Source: Gemmatimonadota bacterium
Lineage (GTDB): Bacteria; Gemmatimonadota; Gemmatimonadetes; Palauibacterales; KS3-K002
Assembly (NCBI GenBank): GCA_039586795.1
Contig: JBDHJS010000016.1
Span: forward strand, 64,001-128,000
Direction: 5' to 3'
Length of the DNA: 64,000 bases
Shown here: in pieces, positions 19,656 through 28,830 of the stretch
How the letters are laid out: each line of letters starts with the position of its first letter
Numbering within the stretch: the stretch's first letter is position 1
Notes under the pieces: generated by a model
What the model was told of the DNA's origin: nothing
Database searches by the model: none
Seen by the model: the letters and a program-made list of their open reading frames with translations, nothing else
Made by a program: the position numbers and the translations under genes

Positions 19656-20837
19656 ATGGCGAAAGCCGGTGCGGACCCGCGAGAGATCATCACGCCTGAC
19701 GCCTTTTCCGTAGCGCCGGAACTGTTGGGTACGCCTCTGGCGCGGCCCTGGCGGCGCGGCATCGCCATGGGGGTCGATCTGCTGGCGATCGCGATCATCG
19801 CCGGCCTTAGAGTCTCCTGGGTGCTTCTGTTCCTGGCGATCACCGTGCTCGCCGTGCGGGCGGCGCTGCGGCCGTCGGCGACACGTCTTCGCACCGGTAC
19901 GCGATGGGCCGTCTTCGGATCTATCGGCTTCGCCGGCCTTTTGGCGACGTTCGTAGCGACGGTGGAGCTCATCGAGAACTTCAATCCGTTGGGGCTGATA
20001 ACGAGTGGCATGCTCTCGGATGAGGGCGGCGGCGAGGAGGCCGGCGGCTTTGACCTGGGCGGCGTCATCGGCACAGCGGCCGGCGCGGTGGCGATCCAGT
20101 CGGCAGAGAACGAAGAGGAGCTCGAGGCGGCGGTCCTGGAGTTCGCCAGAGGTATGGAGCGCCTCGGAGTCGACCCGGATTCGACCCGGGAAGCTCTGCT
20201 GGCGATGGTCGGGGGGCGGGAAGAGCCGTGGGCGCAAGACGGGCTGAACGAGGCGTTGGCCGAGCTGGGCCTCGCGGCGGCGACGCCGGCCAAAGCCAGC
20301 GAGCGTGATTCACTCGCACTGGCCTACGCTGAAGCGGTCGAGTCCGGGGACACGTCCGCAACGAGCGCGCTGCATGACCCGATGGCCGAGGCCTTTGCCG
20401 GAGAACGGATCTCGCTCCTGCGACAAGACAATCAAGAGCTGGAGGACGAGCTGGAAGCTCTCGAAGTCGAGATGAATCAGAGTGAGAGGACCGGCGTTCT
20501 GGCCTTTCTTCTCAGGATCTTGGACGAAGTCGGTATCGAGCTCGGTTGGTCAGCCCTGTACTTCTCCATGTTTCCGGTCTTCTGGAGCGGCAAGACGCCC
20601 GGCAAGCGACTGATGCGGTTGCGCATCGTGCGTTTGGACGGGAAACCGATCGGCTGGTGGGTGGCTCTCAACCGTTTCGGAGGCTACGCAGCGTCGATTT
20701 TCACAGGGCTGTTGGGGTTCTTCGAGATGTTCTGGGACGCCAACCGCCAGGCTCTGCAGGATCGTATCGCATCCACGGTAGTGATCCACGACGTGAGAGG
20801 CGGACTCGTCGCGCCCGTGGGCGACGCGAAACCGTAG
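19656..20837 (+). CDS. RDD family membrane protein with large acidic insertion
   Basis: LARPWRRGIAMGVD, GKTPGKRLMRLRIV, RQALQDRIASTVV. Confidence 0.88.
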   Translation: MAKAGADPREIITPDAFSVAPELLGTPLARPWRRGIAMGVDLLAIAIIAGLRVSWVLLFLAITVLAVRAALRPSATRLRTGTRWAVFGSIGFAGLLATFVATVELIENFNPLGLITSGMLSDEGGGEEAGGFDLGGVIGTAAGAVAIQSAENEEELEAAVLEFARGMERLGVDPDSTREALLAMVGGREEPWAQDGLNEALAELGLAAATPAKASERDSLALAYAEAVESGDTSATSALHDPMAEAFAGERISLLRQDNQELEDELEALEVEMNQSERTGVLAFLLRILDEVGIELGWSALYFSMFPVFWSGKTPGKRLMRLRIVRLDGKPIGWWVALNRFGGYAASIFTGLLGFFEMFWDANRQALQDRIASTVVIHDVRGGLVAPVGDAKP

Positions 20838-20911
20838 CCGGGCGTGGTCTCGTACGGGTAGGTGTCCCTACTGTGGCAACACGGCATTCAGCGAAATAGC
20901 AGGAGGTGGCG

Positions 20912-21484
20912 GTGAACGAGAAGAACTCGGAAACCGAGAAGACTACGGAGGCGGCAGGACGCGGAGCGCTGGCCGAATTCCGTGAAGCGGTTGGAAAGGT
21001 GTTCGATTCCGTGGCCAGTATGGCGCCCGACTTCAGCATCGGAGCCGAGTGGCCGCGCCACGAGCTCGTGGTGGAGGACGAGGAGTACCTCGTTCATGTG
21101 GAGCTTCCCGGCTTCAAGCGGGACGAGGTGGAGGTATCGGTAGCGGGCCGCAACCTGACGGTGTCCGGTGAACGAAAGAAATTCGATCCTCCCGCGGGCG
21201 CGCGGCTGCTGCGCAGCGAGCGACGCTCCGGAACGTTCGAGCTCAGCATCCGCCTCCCCGCCGAGGTCGATGCACTCAGCGTGATCGGTCAGATGCATGA
21301 CGGTATTCTCGAGATCAAGCTCCCCAAGGCCAGCAGCCGTGGTCGCTCGATCGATATCGAAGAGACACCGAGCGACGCCGGGGCGACCGAGGTGAAGAGG
21401 ACGAGCGAAGCAAGGAAGAAGCCGGCAGCGGAGGAATCGACTTGGGAAGACTCGCCGGTATCCGATTCCGGTGACGAAGGATAG
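20912..21484 (+). CDS. Hsp20/alpha-crystallin small heat shock protein
   Basis: ELPG, LTVSGER, SERRSGTFELSIRLP, DGILEIKLPK; AGGAGG RBS at 20901. Confidence 0.93.
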   Translation: MNEKNSETEKTTEAAGRGALAEFREAVGKVFDSVASMAPDFSIGAEWPRHELVVEDEEYLVHVELPGFKRDEVEVSVAGRNLTVSGERKKFDPPAGARLLRSERRSGTFELSIRLPAEVDALSVIGQMHDGILEIKLPKASSRGRSIDIEETPSDAGATEVKRTSEARKKPAAEESTWEDSPVSDSGDEG

Positions 21485-21493
21485 GGGGCGATC

Positions 21494-21883
21494 ATGAACG
21501 CCGATAAAGACGAACTCCGCGACGTCGAGCAGACCGTTTCGCCAAAGGAAGAACGGGAAGCACGTTTCCGCCGGCGCAACTTCGTTCGGCCAGCCGTCGA
21601 CATCTATTCCACAGACAAAGAGATGGTCGTGCTGGCCGACATGCCGGGCGTCCACAAGACAGATATCGACATCACCATCGACCACGACGACCTCGTCATC
21701 GAGGTGCCCGTCGCCGGTCGCGCCGACGCCGAGAGCTCGCTGCCCTGGGGCTATTACCGCCGCTTCCGGCTACGCACCAACTTCGAGCGCGACCATATCA
21801 ACGCGAACCTCGAGGGTGGGATCCTGACCATCACACTACCGAAAGCAGCCAGCGAACAAACCAAGAAGGTATCCGTCGACTAA
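21494..21883 (+). CDS. Hsp20/alpha-crystallin small heat shock protein (short paralogue)
   Basis: PAVDIY, ADMPGV, GILTITLPK. Confidence 0.92.
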   Translation: MNADKDELRDVEQTVSPKEEREARFRRRNFVRPAVDIYSTDKEMVVLADMPGVHKTDIDITIDHDDLVIEVPVAGRADAESSLPWGYYRRFRLRTNFERDHINANLEGGILTITLPKAASEQTKKVSVD

Positions 21884-21905
21884 TAGGAACGGACGCCAAC
21901 AAGAC

Positions 21906-22030
21906 GAGCGCTCGATGCCCGACTCAAAGTCAATGAGCTCGATGGGCGTCGAGCGTTCTGCGTCGACCGTCGATCGCCCAACAGGACTCGACCGCCGATG
22001 CGGGGAATATCGGCTGTCCGCAGTCGAAAT
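21906..22030. repeat. Partial copy of the heptamer-based palindromic element (related to 27952-28112)
   Basis: 23-bp identity CGTCGATCGCCCAACAGGACTCG at 21968-21990 and 28057-28079, with flanking similarity; own stem 21906-21920/21944-21958. Confidence 0.85.
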
Positions 22031-22033
22031 AGT

Positions 22034-22070
22034 CTGCCAGACTGGCAGTCCTCTATGGCACAGCTGTTGC
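22034..22070 (+). promoter_or_regulatory. Sigma54-type -24/-12 promoter TGGCACAGCTGTTGC (22056-22070) with upstream palindrome CTGCCAG-A-CTGGCAG (22034-22048)
   Basis: Exact GG-N10-GC spacing and TGGCAC...TTGC consensus about 100 nt before clpB. Confidence 0.7.
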
Positions 22071-22172
22071 CTTGTCTAGCCTTGGATAAGACTCTACGCT
22101 TGCGGTGATCGGCCGGCCGATGCGCCGGAGGGATCGCGGCACGCGAACATGCATGGGAGGCACGGAACATAG

Positions 22173-24791
22173 ATGATCTCATTTGATCGACTGACGGTAA
22201 AAGCCGGCGAGGCGCTGCAGACAGCGATCAGCCTGGCGCAGCGGCAGAACAACCCGGCGGTGGAGGACATCCACCTGCTGGCCGCGCTGCTGGATCAGGA
22301 GGGCGGGGTGGCGGGTCCGCTGCTCGGCCGCCTGGGCGTGCAGCCGCTTCAGCTGCAGAAGAAGGTGGACGAAGCCTTGGGTCGGCTGGCGACGCAGGAG
22401 GGCGGGTCGAGCCCGATGCCTTCGCGCGAGCTGGGTCAAGTGCTCGATGAGGCTGACAGCGCGGCAAAGGAGATGGGCGACCAGTTCATCTCGAGCGAGC
22501 ATCTCTTGTTGGCTCTCGATGCGAAAGCAGCGAGCACCACGGGGCCGCTGCTCAAAGGTCTCGGTGTATCGCCGGAGCAACTGAAGCAAGCGATAGAGTC
22601 GATGCGCGGCCCGCATCGGGTGACGGATCGTGATGCGGAGGAGAAGTACCGGACGATCCAGAAGTACACGACGGACCTGACCGACATGGCGCGCCGGGGA
22701 AAGCTCGATCCGGTGATCGGGCGTGACGAGGAGATCCGCCGGGTCATCCAGGTGCTGTCGCGACGGACGAAGAACAACCCGGTACTGATCGGTGAGCCAG
22801 GCGTCGGGAAGACAGCGATCGTAGAGGGATTGGCGCAGCGGATCGTCAACGGCGACGTACCGGAGTCGCTGCGCAACAAGCAGGTCATCCAGGTGGACAT
22901 CGCGACGATGGTGGCGGGCACCAAGTACCGCGGCCAGTTCGAAGAGCGATTCAAGGCGCTGCTCAAAGAGATTACTGAAGCTGAGGGCCAGTACGTGGTC
23001 TTCATTGATGAGCTGCACACGATTGTCGGCGCCGGCGCGGCGGAAGGCGCGGTGGACGCCGGCAACATGCTGAAGCCGCTGCTGGCGCGCGGCCAGTTAC
23101 GCGTGGTCGGCGCAACGACACTGAACGAGTACCGCGAGCATGTCGAGAAGGACACCGCGTTGGAGCGCCGCTTCCAGCCGATCTTCACCGCACAACCCAG
23201 TGTGGAAGACACTGTAGCTATCCTTCGCGGTTTGAAGGAGCGCTACGAAGTTCATCATGGTGTGCGGGTGACGGACGGCGCGCTGGTTGCCGCGGCGCGG
23301 CTGTCCGACCGTTATATCACGGACCGCTTCCTGCCGGACAAGGCGATCGATCTGATCGATGAGGCGGCCTCGATGCTACGGATCGAGATCGACTCGATGC
23401 CCCTCGAGATCGACGAAGTCGAGCGGCGGATGGTTCAGTTGGAGATCGAGAAACAGGCGCTGCAAAAGGAAGAGGACAAGGAAAGCCGCAAGCGGTTGGA
23501 CCGCCTGGAGAAGGAGCTAGCGGATCTGCAAGAGCGTTCCTCGGGCATGAAGGCGAAGTGGCAGGGCGAGAAGGAAGCGATCGAGAACATCAGAACGTTG
23601 AAGAGCTTGATCGAGAGTCTGCGGGTCGAGGCGGATCAGGCCACTCGCGAGGGCGAGCATGCGCGTGTCGCAGAGATCATTCATGGCAAGATTCCGGCGA
23701 TGGAGACCGAGCTCAACAATGCATCCGAGAAGCTCGCCGAGCTGCAGAAGGAATCCAAGTACCTGAAGGAAGAAGTAACCGAAGAGGACGTCGCAGCCGT
23801 CGTCTCGCGCTGGACCGGGATACCGGTCACCAAGATGTTGGAGAGCGATCGCGAACGGCTCGTCAATCTGGAGGATCACCTGCACCAACGCGTGGTGAAT
23901 CAGAACGAAGCAATCACTGCGGTGGCAAACGCGGTACGGCGCAACCGCGCCGGACTACAGGACCCCAACCGGCCGGTAGGTAGCTTCATCTTCCTCGGAC
24001 CGACGGGTGTCGGCAAGACGGAAACGGCTCGAGCGCTGGCGGAGTTCCTGTTCGATGACGAGCAAGCGATGGTCCGGATTGACATGTCGGAGTACATGGA
24101 GAAGCATGCCGTCGCCCGGTTGATCGGCGCGCCGCCCGGATACATCGGCTACGAGGAGGGCGGCCAGCTCACAGAGCGGGTGCGCCGCCGGCCGTACAGC
24201 GTTATCCTGTTCGACGAGATCGAGAAGGCGCACCCTGATGTCTTCAACATCTTGCTGCAGATGTTGGATGATGGTCGGCTGACGGACAGTCACGGACGGA
24301 CGGTGGACTTTAGGAACGCCGTGATCATCATGACGTCAAACATCGGCAGCCACTACATCCTTGATCATCAAGAGACGGATGCCTGGGAAGATGTCGAGAA
24401 GCACGTCTGGGAGGCGATGCGCGCTTCGTTCAGGCCGGAGTTTCTGAACCGGGTGGACGACATCATCATTTTCAAGCCGCTAGGCCGCGAGGAGCTTCGG
24501 CAGATCGTCGATCTGCAGCTGGTCCGCTTCCAGAAGATGATTGCCGAGCAGAAGCTGACACTGGATGTATCCGAAGCGGCGCGCGATCTTATAGCTGCCG
24601 AGGGTCACGACCCGGCGTTCGGCGCCCGACCGTTGAAGCGGGCGCTACAGCGGTTGCTGTTGAATCCGATGTCGGCGGCGGTGATCGAAGGCGGTTTCAC
24701 GGAAGGCGATCGCGTGATCGTCGATCGCGAGCCGGGAGAGGATCGGCTGAACTTCCGCCGTGCAGAGGGGTCGGCGTCGGCTGCCGACTGA
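22173..24791 (+). CDS. clpB: ATP-dependent chaperone ClpB
   Basis: Two AAA modules ([16 protein letters not shown]), middle coiled-coil domain, RIDMSEY, GARPLKR. Confidence 0.98.
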   Translation: MISFDRLTVKAGEALQTAISLAQRQNNPAVEDIHLLAALLDQEGGVAGPLLGRLGVQPLQLQKKVDEALGRLATQEGGSSPMPSRELGQVLDEADSAAKEMGDQFISSEHLLLALDAKAASTTGPLLKGLGVSPEQLKQAIESMRGPHRVTDRDAEEKYRTIQKYTTDLTDMARRGKLDPVIGRDEEIRRVIQVLSRRTKNNPVLIGEPGVGKTAIVEGLAQRIVNGDVPESLRNKQVIQVDIATMVAGTKYRGQFEERFKALLKEITEAEGQYVVFIDELHTIVGAGAAEGAVDAGNMLKPLLARGQLRVVGATTLNEYREHVEKDTALERRFQPIFTAQPSVEDTVAILRGLKERYEVHHGVRVTDGALVAAARLSDRYITDRFLPDKAIDLIDEAASMLRIEIDSMPLEIDEVERRMVQLEIEKQALQKEEDKESRKRLDRLEKELADLQERSSGMKAKWQGEKEAIENIRTLKSLIESLRVEADQATREGEHARVAEIIHGKIPAMETELNNASEKLAELQKESKYLKEEVTEEDVAAVVSRWTGIPVTKMLESDRERLVNLEDHLHQRVVNQNEAITAVANAVRRNRAGLQDPNRPVGSFIFLGPTGVGKTETARALAEFLFDDEQAMVRIDMSEYMEKHAVARLIGAPPGYIGYEEGGQLTERVRRRPYSVILFDEIEKAHPDVFNILLQMLDDGRLTDSHGRTVDFRNAVIIMTSNIGSHYILDHQETDAWEDVEKHVWEAMRASFRPEFLNRVDDIIIFKPLGREELRQIVDLQLVRFQKMIAEQKLTLDVSEAARDLIAAEGHDPAFGARPLKRALQRLLLNPMSAAVIEGGFTEGDRVIVDREPGEDRLNFRRAEGSASAAD

Positions 24792-24800
24792 CGGGGAAGA

Positions 24801-24822
24801 GGTTCGGCGCTCGCGCCGAACC
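24801..24822 (+). terminator. Stem-loop after clpB (no U tract)
   Basis: GGTTCGGCGC-TC-GCGCCGAACC perfect inverted repeat. Confidence 0.45.
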
Positions 24823-24854
24823 CACCCGAATCACTTAGACCGGGAGAGCTTGAC

Positions 24855-25358
24855 GTGCGTACGGCTGACAGAGTGGTGGTGGGAGCGGTGCTGAGTGCCG
24901 TCGTGGGTTGGACCGTCGGTTGTGGCGGTGGATCGACCTCCGGGACCGTGGCCCCGACGGGGCCCGAGGGTGAGTCTTCTCCGGAGACGGCGGTCGAGAC
25001 GTTTCTCTTCGGAGCGAAGGAAGCCAACGATGCGCGGGGAGCGGGCGAGTTTACCGTAGCGGATCGGGCCTACGAGAGAATGGCGGGCGTGTTTGGTACC
25101 GAGAACGGGTCGATCTCCAGAAGCCAACCGGCCGAGGAGGTCCGCAACAGGATGCTCGTCCTTTCGGCGTGCCTGCGGCCGATCGAATTCACGATCGTCT
25201 CACACTCGGATCCCGACGCGTGGCAAAAGAAACAGACCGTAGTAACCGTGAACCTGGCTCGGGACGTCGGTGGATCCACCTTGCCGTTCACAGTTACGCT
25301 GGGGCGCGGCGACCGCTGGTACGTAGAGCGGATCGACCTCAGTAGCTTCGCGTGTTGA
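24855..25358 (+). CDS. Hypothetical lipoprotein
   Basis: Signal peptide with VGC lipobox; GGGAG RBS; C-terminal RWYVERID, NTF2-like ending. Confidence 0.7.
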   Translation: MRTADRVVVGAVLSAVVGWTVGCGGGSTSGTVAPTGPEGESSPETAVETFLFGAKEANDARGAGEFTVADRAYERMAGVFGTENGSISRSQPAEEVRNRMLVLSACLRPIEFTIVSHSDPDAWQKKQTVVTVNLARDVGGSTLPFTVTLGRGDRWYVERIDLSSFAC

Positions 25359-26076
25359 CGCCGGATCGCTTGCGGTAGATTCGCGCGAGGCGTTTCGGGG
25401 CTACACCAAGAAGGAACAAGAGTCGCAAGCCCAGATGAGTCGCGATGGTGCGCAGGTATCCGTTCGCTCGCCAGCGGCGGTCCGATGTGTGTACCGGCGG
25501 TTCCAGAACCACCACCTTCCCCGATCGGCGCAGACTCCGATAAAAGATCACATCCTCGAATAGCTCGTCGACGGTGAAACCGCCTGAGCGCGCGTAGGCG
25601 TCGCGGCGACAGAAAATCCCCTGGTCGCCGGTGGCCGTGCGAAAGGTCTTCGTGCGGGCATTGATGGCGCGGGTCAACACGCGCGAGATCCAGCGCTGGG
25701 CGGTGGGTCCGCGGATAGCCAGATTGAAGCAGCCGCCGACGACGGAGGGATCGGCCATCGCCCGGGAGATGGCCGTACCTGCTTCGGGGTCCAGCCACGT
25801 GTCGGCGTGCAGAAAGACCAGCGTTTCGCCGCGGGCCGCTTCGGCGCCGAGCCGCAGCTGATGGCCCCGCCCCGGTTGTGACTCGATCAGTCTGGTGCCC
25901 CGGTCTGCCCAGTGGGTGACGGTCTCCCGGGTCTTGTCCGAGCTGCCTCCGTCCACGATCACGACCTCCGTGGCGCCCAAGGCCGCGAATACCGATTCGA
26001 GGGTGGCCGACAGTTCATCCGCCTCGTTCAGCGTCGGGATGACGACGGTTACGGCAGGAGTTGGTGTGGCGTCCAG
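25339..26076 (-). CDS. GT2 glycosyltransferase, TIGR04283-like (probable CTG start; ORF track starts at 25980)
   Basis: VVIPTLNEA, VDGGSSD, FLHADT, GDQGIF, EDV, TSDRRW motifs. Confidence 0.88.
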   Translation of the reverse strand: MDATPTPAVTVVIPTLNEADELSATLESVFAALGATEVVIVDGGSSDKTRETVTHWADRGTRLIESQPGRGHQLRLGAEAARGETLVFLHADTWLDPEAGTAISRAMADPSVVGGCFNLAIRGPTAQRWISRVLTRAINARTKTFRTATGDQGIFCRRDAYARSGGFTVDELFEDVIFYRSLRRSGKVVVLEPPVHTSDRRWRANGYLRTIATHLGLRLLFLLGVAPKRLARIYRKRSGVNTRSY

Positions 26077-26078
26077 GA

Positions 26079-26489
26079 CTAGACCGCGGGTTCCGATAGC
26101 TCGATCAGCACGCCGCCGCTGCCGCTGGGGTGGAGAAAGGCGACTTTTCGGCCGCCCGCTCCGATCCGCGGGGCCGCGCCGACCGTCTTCAGGCCGGCAT
26201 CGGTGCAGCGTAGAATCGCTTCCTCGATATCTGGGACGTCGAAGGCGATATGGTGGAGGCCCGGCCCGCGGCTCTCGAGGAATCGGCCCACGGTCGTATC
26301 CGGGCCGGTCGGTTCGAGAAGTTCGATCCTTGGTCCGCCCAGATCGAAGAAGGCGACTCGAACGCCCTCGCTCTCCACTGTTTCACGCCCCGATTCCGGT
26401 TTCCCTAGAATGGCGCTATAGACGGCGATCGCCGTTTCCAGGTCGGAAACCGCTATCGCGACATGTTCGAGACGTGCATCCGGGACCAT
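26079..26489 (-). CDS. mce: Methylmalonyl-CoA epimerase
   Basis: HVAIAV, IELLEP, GPGLHHIAF, AFLHP, GVLIEL. Confidence 0.92.
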   Translation of the reverse strand: MVPDARLEHVAIAVSDLETAIAVYSAILGKPESGRETVESEGVRVAFFDLGGPRIELLEPTGPDTTVGRFLESRGPGLHHIAFDVPDIEEAILRCTDAGLKTVGAAPRIGAGGRKVAFLHPSGSGGVLIELSEPAV

Positions 26490-26657
26490 CGGGAACCCCA
26501 CGTGTTGGGCGGCTGTTCTTACGCCGGCTGGAGTCCTAGCCGGGGTGACTCCCGGCGCGAATAGAATAGATTATTGTGTAAGTTGAGGAGAAGGAAAGGG
26601 GTCGGCGAGCGGGATCGCCGACTGGAACAACGAGACGCGGGACGGGGGTTCAACAAG

Positions 26658-26981
26658 ATGGCATCTGTGATGGAAGTCACCGACGAGACTTTCGCTGACG
26701 AAGTGGAGGGCGTAGACGGCGTGGCCATGGTCGATTTTTGGGCTGCGTGGTGCGGGCCATGTCGGCTGGTCGGCCCGATCGTCGATGAGCTAGCTCAGGA
26801 ATACGAGGGCCAGGTGAAGGTGGCAAAGGTCGATGTCGATGCGAGCCAGCGGACGGCGATGCGCTTCAATATCCGGTCGATCCCGAGCATCCTGTTCTTC
26901 AAGGACGGGGAGCACGTCGACACCGTGATCGGGGCGGTCCCGAAGCAGGCGCTGGAGCAGAAACTGCGATCCTATCTTTAG
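26658..26981 (+). CDS. trxA: Thioredoxin
   Basis: DFWAAWCGPC, IRSIP, GAVPK; 107 aa from ATG 26658. Confidence 0.97.
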   Translation: MASVMEVTDETFADEVEGVDGVAMVDFWAAWCGPCRLVGPIVDELAQEYEGQVKVAKVDVDASQRTAMRFNIRSIPSILFFKDGEHVDTVIGAVPKQALEQKLRSYL

Positions 26982-26997
26982 GAGCCTTCGCTCCTGA

Positions 26998-27034
26998 AAC
27001 AACGCCCCGGCGGCCTTGCCGCCGGGGCGTTGTT
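26998..27034 (+). terminator. Rho-independent terminator-like hairpin after trxA
   Basis: Perfect 17-bp inverted repeat AACAACGCCCCGGCGGC-CTT-GCCGCCGGGGCGTTGTT, preceded by small hairpin AGGAGC-CTTC-GCTCCT. Confidence 0.75.
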
Positions 27035-27039
27035 CGTTG

Positions 27040-27089
27040 GGAATCGACAATTCTCGTTCCTATTCCCTTGCTCCCGGAATCGACAATTC
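27040..27089 (+). repeat. 14-bp direct repeat GGAATCGACAATTC x2 upstream of rsmI
   Basis: Copies at 27040-27053 and 27076-27089, each followed shortly by TATTCCC. Confidence 0.8.
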
Positions 27090-27102
27090 GATATTCCCAA
27101 GT

Positions 27103-27951
27103 ATGGCAGGCTCTTTGTACCTCGTGAGCACCCCGATCGGTAACCTCGGCGACATGACCCACCGGGCCGTCGAGGTCCTGCAGGCCGCGGATGTCCTCCT
27201 CGCCGAGGATACCCGCCGCACCCGCGTGCTCCTCGATCATTACGGCGTCGAGGCCAACACTCTGCGATCCTACCATGAGCACAACGAGGCGACTCGCGCC
27301 GAGGAGATGCGCGAGGTTCTGGCCGCCGGCCGAAGCGTGGCGCTGGTCAGCGATTCAGGTACACCACTCATCTCCGACCCGGGGCTGCGCCTCGTGCGCG
27401 CCGCCCTCGAAGTCGGGGCCCGTGTTGTGCCGCTGCCAGGACCCTCGGCCGGGCTCGCCGCCCTCGTCGCGTCCGGGCTCGACCCACAGCCGCATACGTT
27501 CTTCGGCTTTCTCCCCCGCGGTGGTCGCGAGCGCCAGGAGTTGATCGCGATGCTGGCATCGCTGACCCACACGGCGGTGCTCTACGAATCGCCCCAGCGC
27601 TTGGCCGATACGCTGGACGATCTGGCAGCCGAGCTCGGCGCCGACCGCCGTGTGGTTGTCGCCCGGGAACTGACCAAGATCCACGAAGAGTTTCAGGGGG
27701 GCGGCTTGGGCGCGGTGGCGGCTCACTATCGTGAGAGCCCACCGCGGGGCGAGGTAGTGATCTGTCTGGCCGCCGCGGCGCCGCCGGAAGGCGCCAGCGA
27801 GGAAGAGATCCTGGCCGCGGCACGCGAGCTGGTGACCGGTGGAGCCACGTCAAAAGAGATCGTGCGTGAGCTACGCGATCGTTTCGGGATCGAGCGTAAT
27901 CGCGCGTATTCGGTCGCGCTGCAAGCGGCCAAAGAGGAAGAATCTATTTGA
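27103..27951 (+). CDS. rsmI: 16S rRNA (cytidine1402-2'-O)-methyltransferase
   Basis: LYLVSTPIGNLGD, AEDTR, SDSGTPLISDPG, YESP, RELTKIHEE. Confidence 0.96.
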   Translation: MAGSLYLVSTPIGNLGDMTHRAVEVLQAADVLLAEDTRRTRVLLDHYGVEANTLRSYHEHNEATRAEEMREVLAAGRSVALVSDSGTPLISDPGLRLVRAALEVGARVVPLPGPSAGLAALVASGLDPQPHTFFGFLPRGGRERQELIAMLASLTHTAVLYESPQRLADTLDDLAAELGADRRVVVARELTKIHEEFQGGGLGAVAAHYRESPPRGEVVICLAAAAPPEGASEEEILAAARELVTGGATSKEIVRELRDRFGIERNRAYSVALQAAKEEESI

Positions 27952-28823
27952 ACAGCCGACAGCCGATATCCGCCGCTCGACTCTCGAGTCCTGTTCGGCG
28001 CCCGACGCCCAACCCCCGACTTCCGACCGCCGTCTCTCCGTACGTCGAGCGTCGGACGTCGATCGCCCAACAGGACTCGGTCGTCGAGCGACCGCTGTCG
28101 GCTGTCGGCTGTCGAGATCAGTCGGCGCGAATTCCCAATCGCATTCCGTACCTGATCGCACTGGCGTGCTTGCTCGCAGCAGCTTCTCCCGCAACGCCAC
28201 AAGCGCCGTCCGACCCAACGCAACTGACCATAGGCCGCTTGCACTACGGCGGCGGCGGCGACTGGTACGCAAACCCATCCTCGCTGCCAAACTTGCTCGA
28301 GCGCATCGCCAGAGACACACGGCTGCCCGTCGCTACGCGTGAGGCTGTCGTCACGCCGCTTAGCCCGAACCTTCATGACTATCCGTTTCTCTATATGACC
28401 GGGCATGGCAACGTCCGCTTCACCGACGCGGAGATCACCGCGCTACGCGAGTACTTGACGACCGGCGGCTTCCTTCATGCCGACGACAACTACGGCATGG
28501 ACGAATCCTTCCGACGAGAAGTCCAACGGGTCTTTCCCGAATCTGAGCTGGTGGCGATCCCTTTTGACCATCCCGTGTATCACATCGTGTACACGTTTCC
28601 AGACGGGTTGCCGAAGATCCACGAGCATGATGGCCTGCCGGCAGAAGGGCTGGGCATCTTTTACCAGGGCCGGATCGTCATCTTCTATAGCTACCAGTCG
28701 GATCTCGGCGACGGGTGGGAGGATGCTGATGTGCACGATGATCCCCTTGACTCCCGCGACAGGGCGCTCGCTATGGGCGTCAACCTGTTCGCCTACGCGG
28801 TAGCTCAACGGAAGAGTCAGTGA
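27948..28823 (+). CDS. DUF4159 domain exported protein with N-terminal palindromic insertion
   Basis: RLHYGGGGDWYANPSSLPNL, YMTGHG, GGFLHADDNYG, DLGDGWED; TTGA overlap with rsmI stop. Confidence 0.88.
   Translation: MNSRQPISAARLSSPVRRPTPNPRLPTAVSPYVERRTSIAQQDSVVERPLSAVGCRDQSARIPNRIPYLIALACLLAAASPATPQAPSDPTQLTIGRLHYGGGGDWYANPSSLPNLLERIARDTRLPVATREAVVTPLSPNLHDYPFLYMTGHGNVRFTDAEITALREYLTTGGFLHADDNYGMDESFRREVQRVFPESELVAIPFDHPVYHIVYTFPDGLPKIHEHDGLPAEGLGIFYQGRIVIFYSYQSDLGDGWEDADVHDDPLDSRDRALAMGVNLFAYAVAQRKSQ
27952..28112. repeat. ~160-bp imperfect palindrome built from 7-nt units (REP/RPE/MITE-like)
   Basis: Arms ACAGCCGACAGCCGA/TCGGCTGTCGGCTGT (15 bp), CGCTCGAC/GTCGAGCG, CGAGTCCTGTT/AACAGGACTCG. 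Confidence 0.9.
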
Positions 28824-28830
28824 GCGACGG

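Noticed and set aside
20838..22172. CIRCE/HrcA or sigma32 elements at the heat-shock genes
   Set aside because: No match seen; TGGCAACAC at about 20874 lacks the GG-N10-GC spacing
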